DNA of 64,000 nucleotides from Macrostomum lignano (Eukaryota): positions 310,001 through 374,000 of the forward strand of contig NIVC01000296.1 in assembly GCA_002269645.1 (NCBI GenBank). The letters run 5' to 3'. The number at the start of each line of letters is the position of its first letter. Positions within the stretch are counted from its first letter, which is position 1. The notes below the pieces were generated by a model, which worked only from the letters and a program-made list of their open reading frames with translations, did not search any database and was not told where the DNA came from. Positions 1 through 10,174 of the stretch are shown here, piece after piece. The position numbers and the translations under genes are program-made.

Positions 1-362
1 CTGAGAGTCGAAACTGCTCCATTTACTCCTAGATAAGGTCGGGCGGAGACCACCCAGACAAGCGCAGCACAGACTTATACATACTTTTTAATATCGGCAG
101 ACTGTCCGCTGAAGTTTTCGTGAAATTTGCACTCGATTTGTGGCCACAAACAGCATAAGCCAGTGCCAGACTGTGAAAATGGTGAGTGGGAGACTTCGGC
201 TTGATGCTTGACAAATTTTGGATGATTTTAAACCCGAGTGCCAAACCGTCAGAGCAGACCTTAACTTAGGCCAGGGGTCGGAAAAACAGTTTATCTCAAG
301 GGCCAGGTAGAGAATATAGAGCATGACTGTGGGTAAGAGGAGGGGAGAGAGTCAGACGCAAT

Positions 363-2903
363 AGGAGAGGAGAGGAGAGGAGAGGAGAGGAGAGGAGAGG
401 AGAGGAGAGGAGAGGAGAGGAGAGGAGAGGAGAGGAGAGGAGAGGAGAGGAGAGGAGAGGAGAGGAGAGGAGAGGAGAGGAGAGGAGGAGAGGAGAGGAG
501 AGGAGAGGAGAGGAGAGGAGAGGAGAGGAGAGGAGAGGAGAGGAGAGGAGAGGAGAGGAGAGGAGAGGAGAGGAGAGGAGAGGAGAGGAGAGGAGAGGAG
601 AGGAGAGGAGAGGAGAGGAGAGGAGAGGAGAGGAGAGGAGAGGAGAGGAGAGGAGAGGAGAGGAGAGGAGAGGAGAGGAGAGGAGAGGAGAGGAGAGAGA
701 GGAGAGGAGAGAGAGAGGAGAGGAGAGGAGAGGAGAGGAGAGGAGAGGAGAGGAGAGGAGAGGAGAGGAGAGGAGAGGAGAGGAGGAGAGGAGAGGAGGA
801 GAGGAGAGGAGAGGAGAGGAGAGAGAGGAGAGGAGAGGAGAGGAGAGGAGAGGAGAGGAGAGGAGAGGAGAGGAGAGGAGAGGAGAGGAGAGGAGAGGAG
901 AGGAGAGGAGAGGAGAGGAGAGGAGAGGAGAGGAGAGGAGAGGAGAGGAGAGGAGAGGAGAGGAGAGAGAGGAGAGGAGAGGAGAGGAGAGGGAGGAGAG
1001 GAGAGGAGAGGAGAGGAGAGGAGAGGAGAGGAGAGGAGAGGAGAGGAGAGGAGAGGAGAGGAGAGGAGAGGAGAGGAGAGGAGAGGAGAGGAGAGGAGAG
1101 GAGAGGAGAGGAGAGGAGAGGAGAGGAGAGGAGAGGAGAGGAGAGGAGAGGAGAGGAGAGGAGAGGAGAGGAGAGAGAGAGGAGAGGAGAGGAGAGGAGA
1201 GGAGAGAGAGAGGAGAGGAGAGGAGAGGAGAGGAGAGGAGAGAGGAGAGGAGAGGAGAGGAGAGGAGAGGAGAGGAGAGGAGAGGAGAGGAGAGGAGAGG
1301 AGAGGAGAGGAGAGGAGAGGAGAGGAGAGGAGAGGAGAGGAGAGGAGAGGAGAGGAGAGGAGAGGAGAGAGAGGAGAGGAGGATGAGAGGAGAGGAGAGG
1401 AGAGGAGAGGGAGGAGAGGAGAGGAGAGGAGAGGAGAGGAGGATGAGAGGAGAGGAGAGGAGAGGAGAGGAGAGGAGAGGAGAGGAGAGGAGAGGAGAGG
1501 AGAGGAGAGGAGAGGAGAGGAGAGGAGAGGAGAGGAGAGGAGAGGAGAGGAGAGGAGAGGAGAGGAGAGGAGAGGAGAGGAGAGGAGAGGAGAGAGAGAG
1601 GAGAGGAGAGGAGAGGAGAGGAGAGGAGAGGAGAGGGAGAGAGGAGAGGAGAGGAGAGGAGAGGAGAGGAGAGAGAGGAGAGGAGAGGAGAGGAGAGGAG
1701 AGGAGAGAGAGGAGAGGAGAGGAGAGGAGAGGAGAGAGAGAGGAGAGGAGAGGAGAGGAGAGGAGAGGAGAGGAGAGGAGAGGAGAGGAGAGGAGAGAGA
1801 GGAGAGGAGAGGAGAGGAGAGGAGAGGAGAGGAGAGGAGAGGAGAGGAGAGGAGAGGAGAGGAGAGGAGAGGAGAGGAGAGGAGAGGAGAGGAGAGGAGA
1901 GGAGAGGAGAGGAGAGGAGAGGAGAGGAGAGGAGAGGAGAGGAGAGGAGAGGAGAGGAGAGGAGAGAGAGGAGAGGAGAGGAGAGGAGAGGAGAGGAGAG
2001 GAGAGGAGAGGAGAGGAGAGGAGAGGAGAGGAGAGGAGAGGAGGGAGAGGAGAGGAGAGGAGAGGAGAGGAGAGGAGAGGAGAGGAGAGGAGAGGAGAGG
2101 AGAGGAGAGGAGAGGAGAGGAGAGGAGAGAGAGGAGAGGAGAGGAGAGGAGAGGAGAGGAGAGGAGAGGAGAGGAGAGGAGAGGAGAGGAGAGGAGAGGA
2201 GAGGAGAGGAGAGGAGAGGAGAGGAGAGAGAGAGGAGAGGAGAGGAGAGGAGAGGAGAGGAGAGGAGAGGAGAGGAGAGGAGATGAGAGGAGAGGAGAGG
2301 AGAGGAGAGGAGGAGAGAGGAGAGGAGAGGAGAGGAGAGGAGGAGAGAGGAGAGGAGAGGAGAGGAGAGGAGAGGAGAGGAGAGGAGAGGAGAGGAGAGG
2401 AGGCATGAGAGGAGAGGAGAGGAGAGGGGAGGAGAGGAGAGGAGAGGAGAGGAGAGGAGAGGAGAGGAGAGGAGAGGAGAGGAGAGGAGAGGAGAGGAGA
2501 GGAGAGGAGAGGAGGCATGAGAGGAGAGGAGAGGAGAGGAGAGGAGAGGAGAAGAGAGGAGAGGAGAGGAGAGGAGAGGAGGCATGAGAGGAGAGGAGAG
2601 GAGAGGAGAGGAGAGGAGGCATGAGAGGAGATGAGAGGAGAGGAGGCATGAGAGGAGAGGAGAGGAGAGGAGAGGAGAGGAGAGAGGAGGAGAGGAGAGA
2701 AGAGGAGAGGAGAGGAGAGGAGAGGAGAGGAGAGGAGGCATGAGAGGAGAGGAGAGGAGAGGAGGCATGAGAGGAGAGGAGAGGAGGCATGAGAGGAGAG
2801 GAGAGGAGAGAGGAGGAGAGGAGAGAAGAGGAGAGGAGAGGAGAGGAGAGGAGAGGAGAGAGGAGGAGAGGAGAGGAGAGGAGAGGAGAGGAGAGGAGAG
2901 GAG
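363..2903 (+). repeat. (AGGAG)n pentamer microsatellite, about 2.5 kb, nearly pure purine
   Basis: Continuous GAGAG/AGGAG repeat with rare GGATGA and GGCATGA variants; the overlapping SPLLS and RGEER ORFs are translations of it. Confidence 0.97.
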
Positions 2904-3497
2904 GCATCTGAGAAGCATGAGAACTATGAGCGAGGCCGACTGCTAAGCTTCAAGGACCCGAGGGCCGATACAGAGGCTTCGTGAGCCACACGTGAACTTT
3001 GGTAACCCAACCTAGCCCATAAAAGGGACATTGCTAGTTAATAAAGAATAAAGGAGTCCATAGCTATGGCTCCTATATAGCTCGTAGGAGCGTATAAATA
3101 GAAAATTTGAGCATTAAGTTTTGACGGAAATAAACTGTATGACATGACTGCAAATTTGTCCTTGCACAGTTACGAATGTAATAAGACTATCTCACCGCAG
3201 AGCATTTCATGTTTTTGTGTAACTGAAGTGCCTCCATTTCTTCCTTGTTATAAGGACTTAACACCAATAGTTCCGAATTCCAAGCAATTTGAAGAAAGAT
3301 TTTTATGAGGCATGAAGCACTTCATTGGATGTTGCCGCACCTGCGCCTGCACCTGTCGCTCTCGCACTTATTACCAAAGCCTTGTGCCGTAGCCACAACA
3401 AGACTGTGACTCCATAGTTACAACAAATAGGCAAAGACGAAGTTGCTTCTTCGTACCGCAATAATTCGCGGTTGAAGACCTTTAAGACAGCTTGACG

Positions 3498-4770
3498 ATG
3501 AAAGCCTGCGTACGTATATATGTCTGGGTCGAGTGACGCTTTGATTTGCGCGTCTCTCGATTAACTTTTCTCCCATGCGCAGAACGAGCTGCGAAAGCTG
3601 GCCAACATCCGCGACGTGGCCGACATAAAGGATGTCGCGGTGGACGTGGCCGGTCGAGTGGCCGGCCAGTTCGGCGAGCGCTTGGCCAGGGAGAAAGCTA
3701 ATCAGCTGGTCGAACGTCTGGCCGAGCATCTCAACTCGGCCATTGTGGACGCCGGCCTGGACCCCATCCAGGCGCCTGAGGCTGACGTGTCATTCACCGC
3801 TCAGGTGGCCTGTCTGCCGCTGCCTGGAAATGCAAGGTGAAACAAAAATCTTTCCTTTTGGCTCTTTGGAGCTCCAAATATTTCTGGCCAGGAGTCTAGG
3901 TAAAGGGCGAGGGCCTGACGTGTAGGCATCAGCTATCGTGCCAGTCGCTCAGCAACTGAGGATCTGGGAGGGTTGGCCACCAACTGAGGATCTGGGAGGG
4001 TTGGCCACCAACTGAGGATCTGGGAGGGTTGGCCACCAACTGAGGATCTGGGAGGGTTGATTACCAACTGAGGATCTGGGAGGGTTGGCCACCAACTGAG
4101 GATCTGGGAGGGTTGGTCACCAACTGAGGATCTGGGAGGGTTGGTCACCAACTGAGGATCTGGGAGGGTTGGTCACCAACTGAGGATCTGGGAGGGTGGC
4201 GGTAGCAGTAGGGTCTTAGAGTTGGGGAGAATTTATACTCATAAAAATCAGATGGACAATTACCTTCAGCACGCTGCTCTCTCCAACCCCACCAGGCTTC
4301 ACGACGGCAACGTCCGCGGCCTCGCCAGCGTTCGTGTACACAATGCCGGCAACAACAAAGACGGCCTGTCGATCCGCGTGGAGGACAACAGCAAGATCTT
4401 TGTCAAAATCGCACTAGCCATCGGACCCGTGACAGCGTCAGTGAACGGCGATGCCTCAGTCAGCTGCTGTTTCGGCGCCAACCCGGTATTCACCCTGACC
4501 TGCCCGCCGCTGGTGCTCCGACTCAGCTTCAACGGCGACCTGGCCGAACGCCAGCTGACAGTCACCGAGTTCACGCTGGACGATCCGCCGGAGCTCAACT
4601 CGGAGGTCGGCAATCTGGATGGCGGGTCCGCCGCCTCCTGGATTGAGCCGCTGGCGGAGAAAGTGTCGCAGATGGAGCGCGAGAGGCTGATCGAGGCAGC
4701 CAAGAACAAGGTTGTGGAGCTGGCCAAGTCCTACATTGAAGATCCCCAGTCAATTGCGGAACTCATGTAG
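3498..4770 (+). CDS. TULIP-superfamily (Der p 7/JHBP/BPI-like) lipid-binding protein, about 247 aa
   Basis: Exons 3498-3509 (tentative start MKAC), 3583-3836 and 4296-4770. The phase-2 join AG|gtga...ccaccag|G gives GLDPIQAPEADVSF...PGNARLHDGNVRGLASVRV, which resembles the LDP..P...F...G.A.L.dG...GL pattern of group 7 allergen/JHBP-like proteins. Family call is from remembered motif only. Confidence 0.6.
3953..4197 (+). repeat. 28-bp minisatellite (CAACTGAGGATCTGGGAGGGTTGGCCAC), about 9 copies, intronic
   Basis: Direct tandem copies inside intron 3837-4295. Confidence 0.95.
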
Positions 4771-5389
4771 GGAGTCGGCAAGCAAGGGCTTGGGTATCTG
4801 GAACAAGCTTCTAATTATTAGAAAATTTTAGAACTGTTCACTTGCAATACAATAATCCCAGCCAATTTACCAGCCCGCAAACAACTACATTTTTACCCCA
4901 CTTCTAATTACAAATAAAAATTTAAAAGCGTATTACAATAATTTGCTTTATTTTTCTAGCCCAGATTTGTCTATGGTAAAACCCCTTACAGCGCTATGCA
5001 TTCTTATACTCGTAGCATGCGTTATTCACCAGCCTCCAACTCATTTCTAGGAAATTCGAGTGTAGAGTTTACGAGTTATCGTCAGCGAAATGGGCATGAA
5101 TTCTGCAGCTGCGGGTCGACTGCCGCCCTAATTTGGGGCGGTACCGAAAGCCCTGTGACTAAAGTGCAAGTCCATCTTCGTCATCCGATCCACCTGTAAT
5201 GAACAGCTCGTAATGAGTGATTATAACAAGCTAACGTTTTTCAAAATTCTGCCTTTTTTTATTCAGCTGACAAAGTTATAAAAATAAGAAAACAGACGTT
5301 TTTAGAATACACATTCGAATTTTCCCGAGTTTTACCACTCGAGCGCCAACTGGACAACAGGTGTGCCAACCAACTTGACAACTGAGCTG

Positions 5390-5780
5390 GGTGTTGTGTT
5401 TTGGCTCTGTTGGAGTTGTTCTTGGTGTTGTGTTGGGGTTGTTCTGGGTGTTGTTTTGGGGTTGTTCTGGGTGTTGTGTTGGAGTTGTTCTTGGTGTTGT
5501 GTTGGGGTTGTTCTGGGTGTTGTGTTGGGGTTGTTCTGGGTGTTGTGTTGGAGTTGTTCTTGGTGTTGTGTTGGGGTTGTTCTGGGTGTTGTTTTGGGGT
5601 TGTTCTTGGTGTTGTGTTGGGGTTGTTCTGGGTGTTTTGTTGGGGTTGTGCTGGGTGTTTTGTTGGGTGTTGTGTTGGGTGTTGTGTTGGGTGTTTTGTT
5701 GGTGTTTTGTTGGTGTTTTGTTGGGTGTTGTGTTGGGTGTTTTTTTGGGGTTGTGCTGGGTGTTTTTTGGGGTTTTATTG
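5390..5780 (+). repeat. GT-rich degenerate tandem repeat (about 22-bp subunits, GGGTTGTTCTGGGTGTTGTGTT)
   Basis: Low-complexity G/T tract; explains the overlapping V/L/G/C and T/P/Q ORFs. Confidence 0.9.
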
Positions 5781-6252
5781 GGTCGTAACAGGAGCGCCAG
5801 CCGACTTCACGACAGAACTTCACCAAATATCTTTAAGTTCAGTACCCACAACGTTTTGTTTACGTAGGAGCTCGTATATTATTTTAGTAGAATTCATCTT
5901 TGGACCGCATACCCATAATTTGAGTTCAGAACTCGTCCACAATCGTGTTTGCCATTGGGTGGACAGCTAGCAAACTGGACAGCGTGAGAAATTGAGCAGG
6001 TGACAGACTAATTGAGTACAATGCTTACCCAGTACGTGACTACTAGCTACGTAGCCTGAAAAAATTCCATAAAGTTCTACTCCCATTTTTCGAAGATTAA
6101 ACAGAAGACTCCCGAGATTCAATGGTGGGCACGGTCGATGAGGACGGCATTCTAAATGCCAATTTTATCGATTTTTACTCTGGGTAAGTATTGTTTGAAA
6201 TAAAATTGACACGATTGCCCGTGGCCCCTCTCACAGACCTTGACAACCCGCA

Positions 6253-6570
6253 GACTCCCTCTCATGTCCAGTGGTAAACGCGTCTGACTCTAGCGCCACA
6301 ACCCCTGGTTTGATTCCACGCTCAAACACTTTCGTTTGGGGCTCGTGCACGAAAATTGGAGGTGTCGTGCGACTCACCCACGAGGGCCAACCCCCAGGGC
6401 TCAGAGACTACATGCCTGATGATTAGAAAGTCAGGGGCTGCTGTACACCCTGTGTGAGCGTGTGCTTGACTGCGTGCCTGCGTACAGTATTGGCTCATGA
6501 GTCATGTGCTCAGGGGTCAGCTGAGTAGGCAGAGTTTCCGTCAGCCAGCTTGTTGAACGATATGTGAACG
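6253..6570 (+). mobile_element. tRNA-derived SINE, family A, copy 1
   Basis: A-box-like TGTCCAGTGG and B-box-like GGTTTGATTCC. The body (GAGGGCCAACCCCCAGGG...CATGCCTGATGATT...GCTGCTGTACACCCTGTGTGAGCG) matches reverse-strand copies at 29.1-29.4 kb and 53.8-54.2 kb. Confidence 0.75.
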
Positions 6571-6645
6571 AGGTACCCGCAACCCTCCTGGGAATATTTA
6601 TATTTTAGGCACGATTCTGCAGTCTTTCTGAGCAAAGTTACGAGA

Positions 6646-7659
6646 ATGTGTCTGTGTAAAACCTCGACTTTCAGATTTGGCCCCCCTTGGCTGGGCGCCT
6701 CCCTGAGCTTAGCAGCCAATCAGAGCTGCCCAGCCGACCCTGCCGCCTGTCCGCTCTGTTATCACACGCAGAAGTCCTGGAGACCGCATCAGTTTCGTCT
6801 CTACCTGGCAACTGGAGTTCTCAGCTGCATTGCCAACCTGTTAGTAGTTATGGCCGTGCTTCACCGGGGCATGCGCTACTCGTGCCACTGGTACCTGGTT
6901 GCCATGGCGATTAGCGACTCACTGCACGCTTCCTGTCTGGCAGCAATCACCCAGCTGATTGGGTCGGGCGGCGTACCGTTAGACAGCGGTGCCGCGCTCT
7001 GCAAGGCCCTCTACTATGGCTACTTCCTGTGCAAGTCCGTCTCCAACTGGACAGTGGTGACGCTCTCCGCGGAGCTCTGCGCCGCCCTCTGCCGGCCATT
7101 TCGACGACCTCGACGCGGCGGTCTCAGTGACCTGCGCGGCGGCCTCCTGCTCAGCGGCGCCGAGTTCTGCGCTCTGGCCGCCGCCGCCTCGCCTCGCCTT
7201 GTTTTTGTTGGTGCGCCAAATGGCGAGACCGACAGGGCCAACATGCTGTGCGCCATCGAGCGGCGTCAGGAGTTCCTCTATTACGCAATATTCGAAACAC
7301 TCGCTCTAACTTACGTGCTGCCCGTAGCGCTTAATTTGTTGCTAAGCGCCTACAGCGTCTGCCGCCTGTTGAGAGGCCGGCGCCGCGGCCAGCTGACCAG
7401 GGCTTTAATGCTAGCTGCGCTGGCCAGCACTATGTTCAATGCTCCCTACGCTACTGTGCTGGCCGCCACGCAGCTGGGCCTCTTCGACGCTGACGGTCTG
7501 TTCCACCTGGGCCTGTGCCTCTACTATGCCACCTCTGCTTGGTCTTGCCTGGGAGTGTTTTGTAACCTGACCATCTTTCTCACTTTCTATGCCGCCTTCC
7601 GACGGTCACTTGTTAGCCTACTGACTTGCCAGCCTCGGCGTCGAGCTGAACCGAGGTGA
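6646..7659 (+). CDS. Class A (rhodopsin-like) orphan 7TM GPCR, single exon
   Basis: Seven hydrophobic segments; TM1 IANLL, TM2 LVAMAISD, TM3 Cys plus SVSNWTVVTLSAELC, ECL2 Cys, TM5 YVLP, TM6 FNAPY, helix-8 FRRSL. The start codon is uncertain. Confidence 0.85.
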   Translation: MCLCKTSTFRFGPPWLGASLSLAANQSCPADPAACPLCYHTQKSWRPHQFRLYLATGVLSCIANLLVVMAVLHRGMRYSCHWYLVAMAISDSLHASCLAAITQLIGSGGVPLDSGAALCKALYYGYFLCKSVSNWTVVTLSAELCAALCRPFRRPRRGGLSDLRGGLLLSGAEFCALAAAASPRLVFVGAPNGETDRANMLCAIERRQEFLYYAIFETLALTYVLPVALNLLLSAYSVCRLLRGRRRGQLTRALMLAALASTMFNAPYATVLAATQLGLFDADGLFHLGLCLYYATSAWSCLGVFCNLTIFLTFYAAFRRSLVSLLTCQPRRRAEPR

Positions 7660-10174
7660 CCTGACTGTTAGAGTCGGTCATTTTTTACTCGTTTAACGGA
7701 ACTGTAAAAAATATTTTTTTATTTAAATCAATTTACATGTGTACGCATATATTTGTCGAATCGGAAGCTAAATACTCGAGTAAATGAACAATCTTTGCAA
7801 TCGCAATTTTCAATACTCATCTGTAAATATACACAGGGCAGCCGTGCAGGATGCTTGAAATAAAATAATCTTAAACACGCATAATCAAACAGTGGCAACG
7901 CTTGAATCGGTTGCTCAGCTAACTCGGATTTAAAATTTTCAATGAGACAGACAGAGCAGCTGATTGCGGCTCTCCCTGGAGACAAAAATAGAATGGCTTA
8001 AATGCTATTTCCCTTCTTATCATTGAATAAACCAATCAGATATTCGATTTTAAATGCGCAGAGAAGCAACGACTCAGTTGGCTCTCATTGATTCTCCTTT
8101 AAGTGGTTGAAGGGAAGAAATGTACTTAGTGGAAATCTAATAAAAGCAGGGAAATTCACCAATAGCATTTTTGCCGCAGCACTAGTCAATTCGACTGCAG
8201 CTTGTTTCAAGAAAACCAGCTTCTTTGTCTGAAGGTTTCTCTAACTAACGGACTTTTGGCGCGAATTAAAAGTGATACGATTCTTAGAAACGGATTATTT
8301 GCAATTGCAAGTACAAGTGCAGGGTAACACTTATAATAGTCAAATTGCCTTGTCACATGACTGTTGACGAATAAGATTAAAAGTTACCATTGAATTAACA
8401 TCGAAACAATCCAGATTATTAAGATAGACCCAGTGCAAAATCATAGTGTCCCTGATACAAATACCATGTCGAAGCAAAAAGTATGTATACACTTTTAAGT
8501 TTTGATGGCACTTCAAGAAAAAGAAGGATAGGGCCTATTGCTTATTTTTTCTAGGCTTTGTGTCATTTTGCTAGTCTAATATATTTTTTCTCTAGCCAGG
8601 AGACTATTAAATATGACTATTAGTAGACAAGTTTTATTGTTATTGCCTTAATGAATGTCTAACTAAAATATGTAGTATAGGCCAATAGTATATATAGTTG
8701 TATTAACTAGACAACAAAGATTTTTTTATATAAATCAATGCCTTTTAAATGATTATTATTTTATCCTTATAACAGATAGGCTTCGACTAGACAAAAATGG
8801 TATTATATATCATTTATTAAAAATATAAGGTATTTCCTTCCTATGATCTAAGCCTACTATATTATAATTATATAAAATTTTATATATTTATTAATAAACT
8901 ATTAAGGTATGCCTTTGAATAAAAATATTTGCCTTAGCCCCTAATAAATATATTTGAAAATGGCTGATTTCCTTTTTCTATAGCTATAGAATAATATAAG
9001 TCTATTAAGTATTATTATATTAATTAAGCTATTGCTAAAAATTTTTTTTAAAGAAAATTCTATTAATAAACATTATTAAAACTTAAATACCATATGTGCT
9101 AGATAGAACATAACATTTCAATACAATTAGCAAATGCAATAAATGGTTATAAAATAATATATTCTAGTATATAACCCTATTTAAGAGGATAAAGAAGCAA
9201 AAATTATAATAAAATAGTATAAAAAGTTATATGAATAAAAATAATTTTTTATTTGCATCCCATAGCCATGACGCTATGGATTTAATAATTTTTCTAAATG
9301 AAGTTATAATAGTAATTATAATAACTTTATATCATTAGAAATGTATAGGGCCTATATATACACATTCTATATATTTTTTTTAATAGAAACTATCTTGTCA
9401 TATCCATATACATGTGCAATACCTAGCCAAGCTAGCTGGCAACTTATTTACCTAAAAATCCAGATGTAGTACTAATTAGATGATAAAGCATTTAGCCTTA
9501 ATAACATAGACATAGTACTCATGTCATTTACCCAAAAATTGTTTATTTTGCTTATGTTTCTTTCATACATAAGTCACATTTTTGGTCAAAAAGTAAGTCA
9601 TATAGCCAGTATAAATTAAGGGGCGGGGGTTGCGCATGTTTGCATATGTATAGCCATGATCTTGACTATGGCTATAAATAAACTAAATCAATCTTTTGAA
9701 AGTATCTAAGCCTATAAGCAAAAATACAGTTGTTTTAAAAATTAAAAAATTAATTCTAATGTATTTATAATGTCTATTTACTTTTAATTGAGACTTATTA
9801 TTGGTCATAAATCATTTGCATAGACCTAATTACTTTAAAGCATTTTTTGTTTAAACTGTCATTTTCATGAGTTACAATTATCAAGATAGCCTATTTATGT
9901 TGAATTGCTATCAAATCATATTTAACTTATCTAATATTAAGATAAGGATATTAAAGTAGGATTAGACTATTAAATCAATTTTAAATGCATGAAGACTTTG
10001 CCAATTTTTAAGATACTTGAGTATAACATACATTCTAGTAACTAAGTCACTTATTTATACCCTATATAATGCATGCCATTGACCATGTGACTAGCAGGCA
10101 CCTAGAACCAATGGTCAACCTGATAATTTAAAAATAGTCAAAGGCTCAGCCCAAGCCAAGTTCAGCCTGCTGTC

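Noticed and set aside
29-324. Short minus-strand ORFs with a faint LINE-like phrase (ILKSMYKSVLR)
   Set aside because: No RT or endonuclease motifs; insufficient evidence.
291-2946. Long ORFs (SPLLS and RGEER repeats, up to 875 aa)
   Set aside because: Open in several frames only because the pentamer repeat lacks stops; no coding signal.
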